DNA from: a virus
Taxonomy: Duplodnaviria > Caudoviricetes
Strand: one strand, 5' to 3'
Virus record (IMG/VR): IMGVR_UViG_3300014204_000184
Span: 3,476 to 67,475 of that record
DNA length: 64,000 bases
The translations under genes and the position numbers were made by a program. Of the stretch, positions 63,923 to 64,000 are shown piece after piece. Below the pieces are notes generated by a model. That model was given only the letters and a program-made list of their open reading frames with translations. It was not told the DNA's origin and searched no databases. Positions within the stretch are counted from its first letter, which is position 1. Each line of letters opens with the position of its first letter.

Positions 63923-64000
63923 CCGCGCCTGGATCATCGAGAACGGCTGCCAGATCGTCCAGCAGTATCAGGGCAACATCACGCTGCGGGGGCTGCATTA
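63909..64000 (+). CDS. 5' fragment of a protein starting MDKFNRAW...ITLRGLH (resembles N-termini of Toprim/topo VI-like phage proteins)
   Basis: TLRxLHY motif only. Truncated by the window edge. Confidence 0.4.
   Translation, partial: MDKFNRAWIIENGCQIVQQYQGNITLRGLH

Noticed and set aside
39721-63937. Minus-strand ORFs across the right arm (e.g. 39721..40674, 58678..59601, 59316..60467)
   Set aside because: Antisense to coupled plus-strand genes that have RBSs and recognisable motifs.
1-64000. tRNA/rRNA genes, integrase/att site, IS transposase
   Set aside because: None recognised by eye. A tRNAscan/Aragorn run and the rest of the genome would be needed to exclude them.

Overview
The whole window is one tailed-phage genome segment with an N4-gp56-type capsid. 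No tape-measure or sheath gene is recognisable, so a podovirus-like virion is inferred. No host genes, integrase, tRNA or reverse transcriptase were seen. The left arm (1-38.6 kb, minus strand) is the late module. Read from the right it runs terS, terL, a 1149-aa triple-enzyme glycosylation protein (GT4, TylF-like O-methyltransferase, Aah/TibC-like protein O-heptosyltransferase), portal, scaffold, MCP, head and neck proteins, several Gly-Thr-Ser/Ala repeat proteins, tail fibre, lysis-like genes, tail proteins, and a >3149-aa injected polyvalent protein. That last gene is absent from the ORF track because it runs off the window. The right arm (38.7-64 kb, plus strand) holds an HTH regulator, a lambda-O-like replication module with iterons, nin-like genes, a C-rich/G-rich non-coding switch region, a lower-GC early region (DUF3560-MTase, minimal ligase, two-frame C5-MTase), and later genes. 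Top candidates for unusual systems: (1) a solitary RAMP/Cas7-like gene followed by a ~340-nt non-coding array with 5-nt periodicity; (2) a phage virion O-glycosylation system, with a heptosyltransferase between terL and portal and a GT[S/A]G motif across many structural proteins; (3) small genes nested out of frame inside the giant protein; (4) a RiPP-precursor-like 38-aa peptide in the tail module. All domain assignments come from motif recognition by eye, not from database searches.
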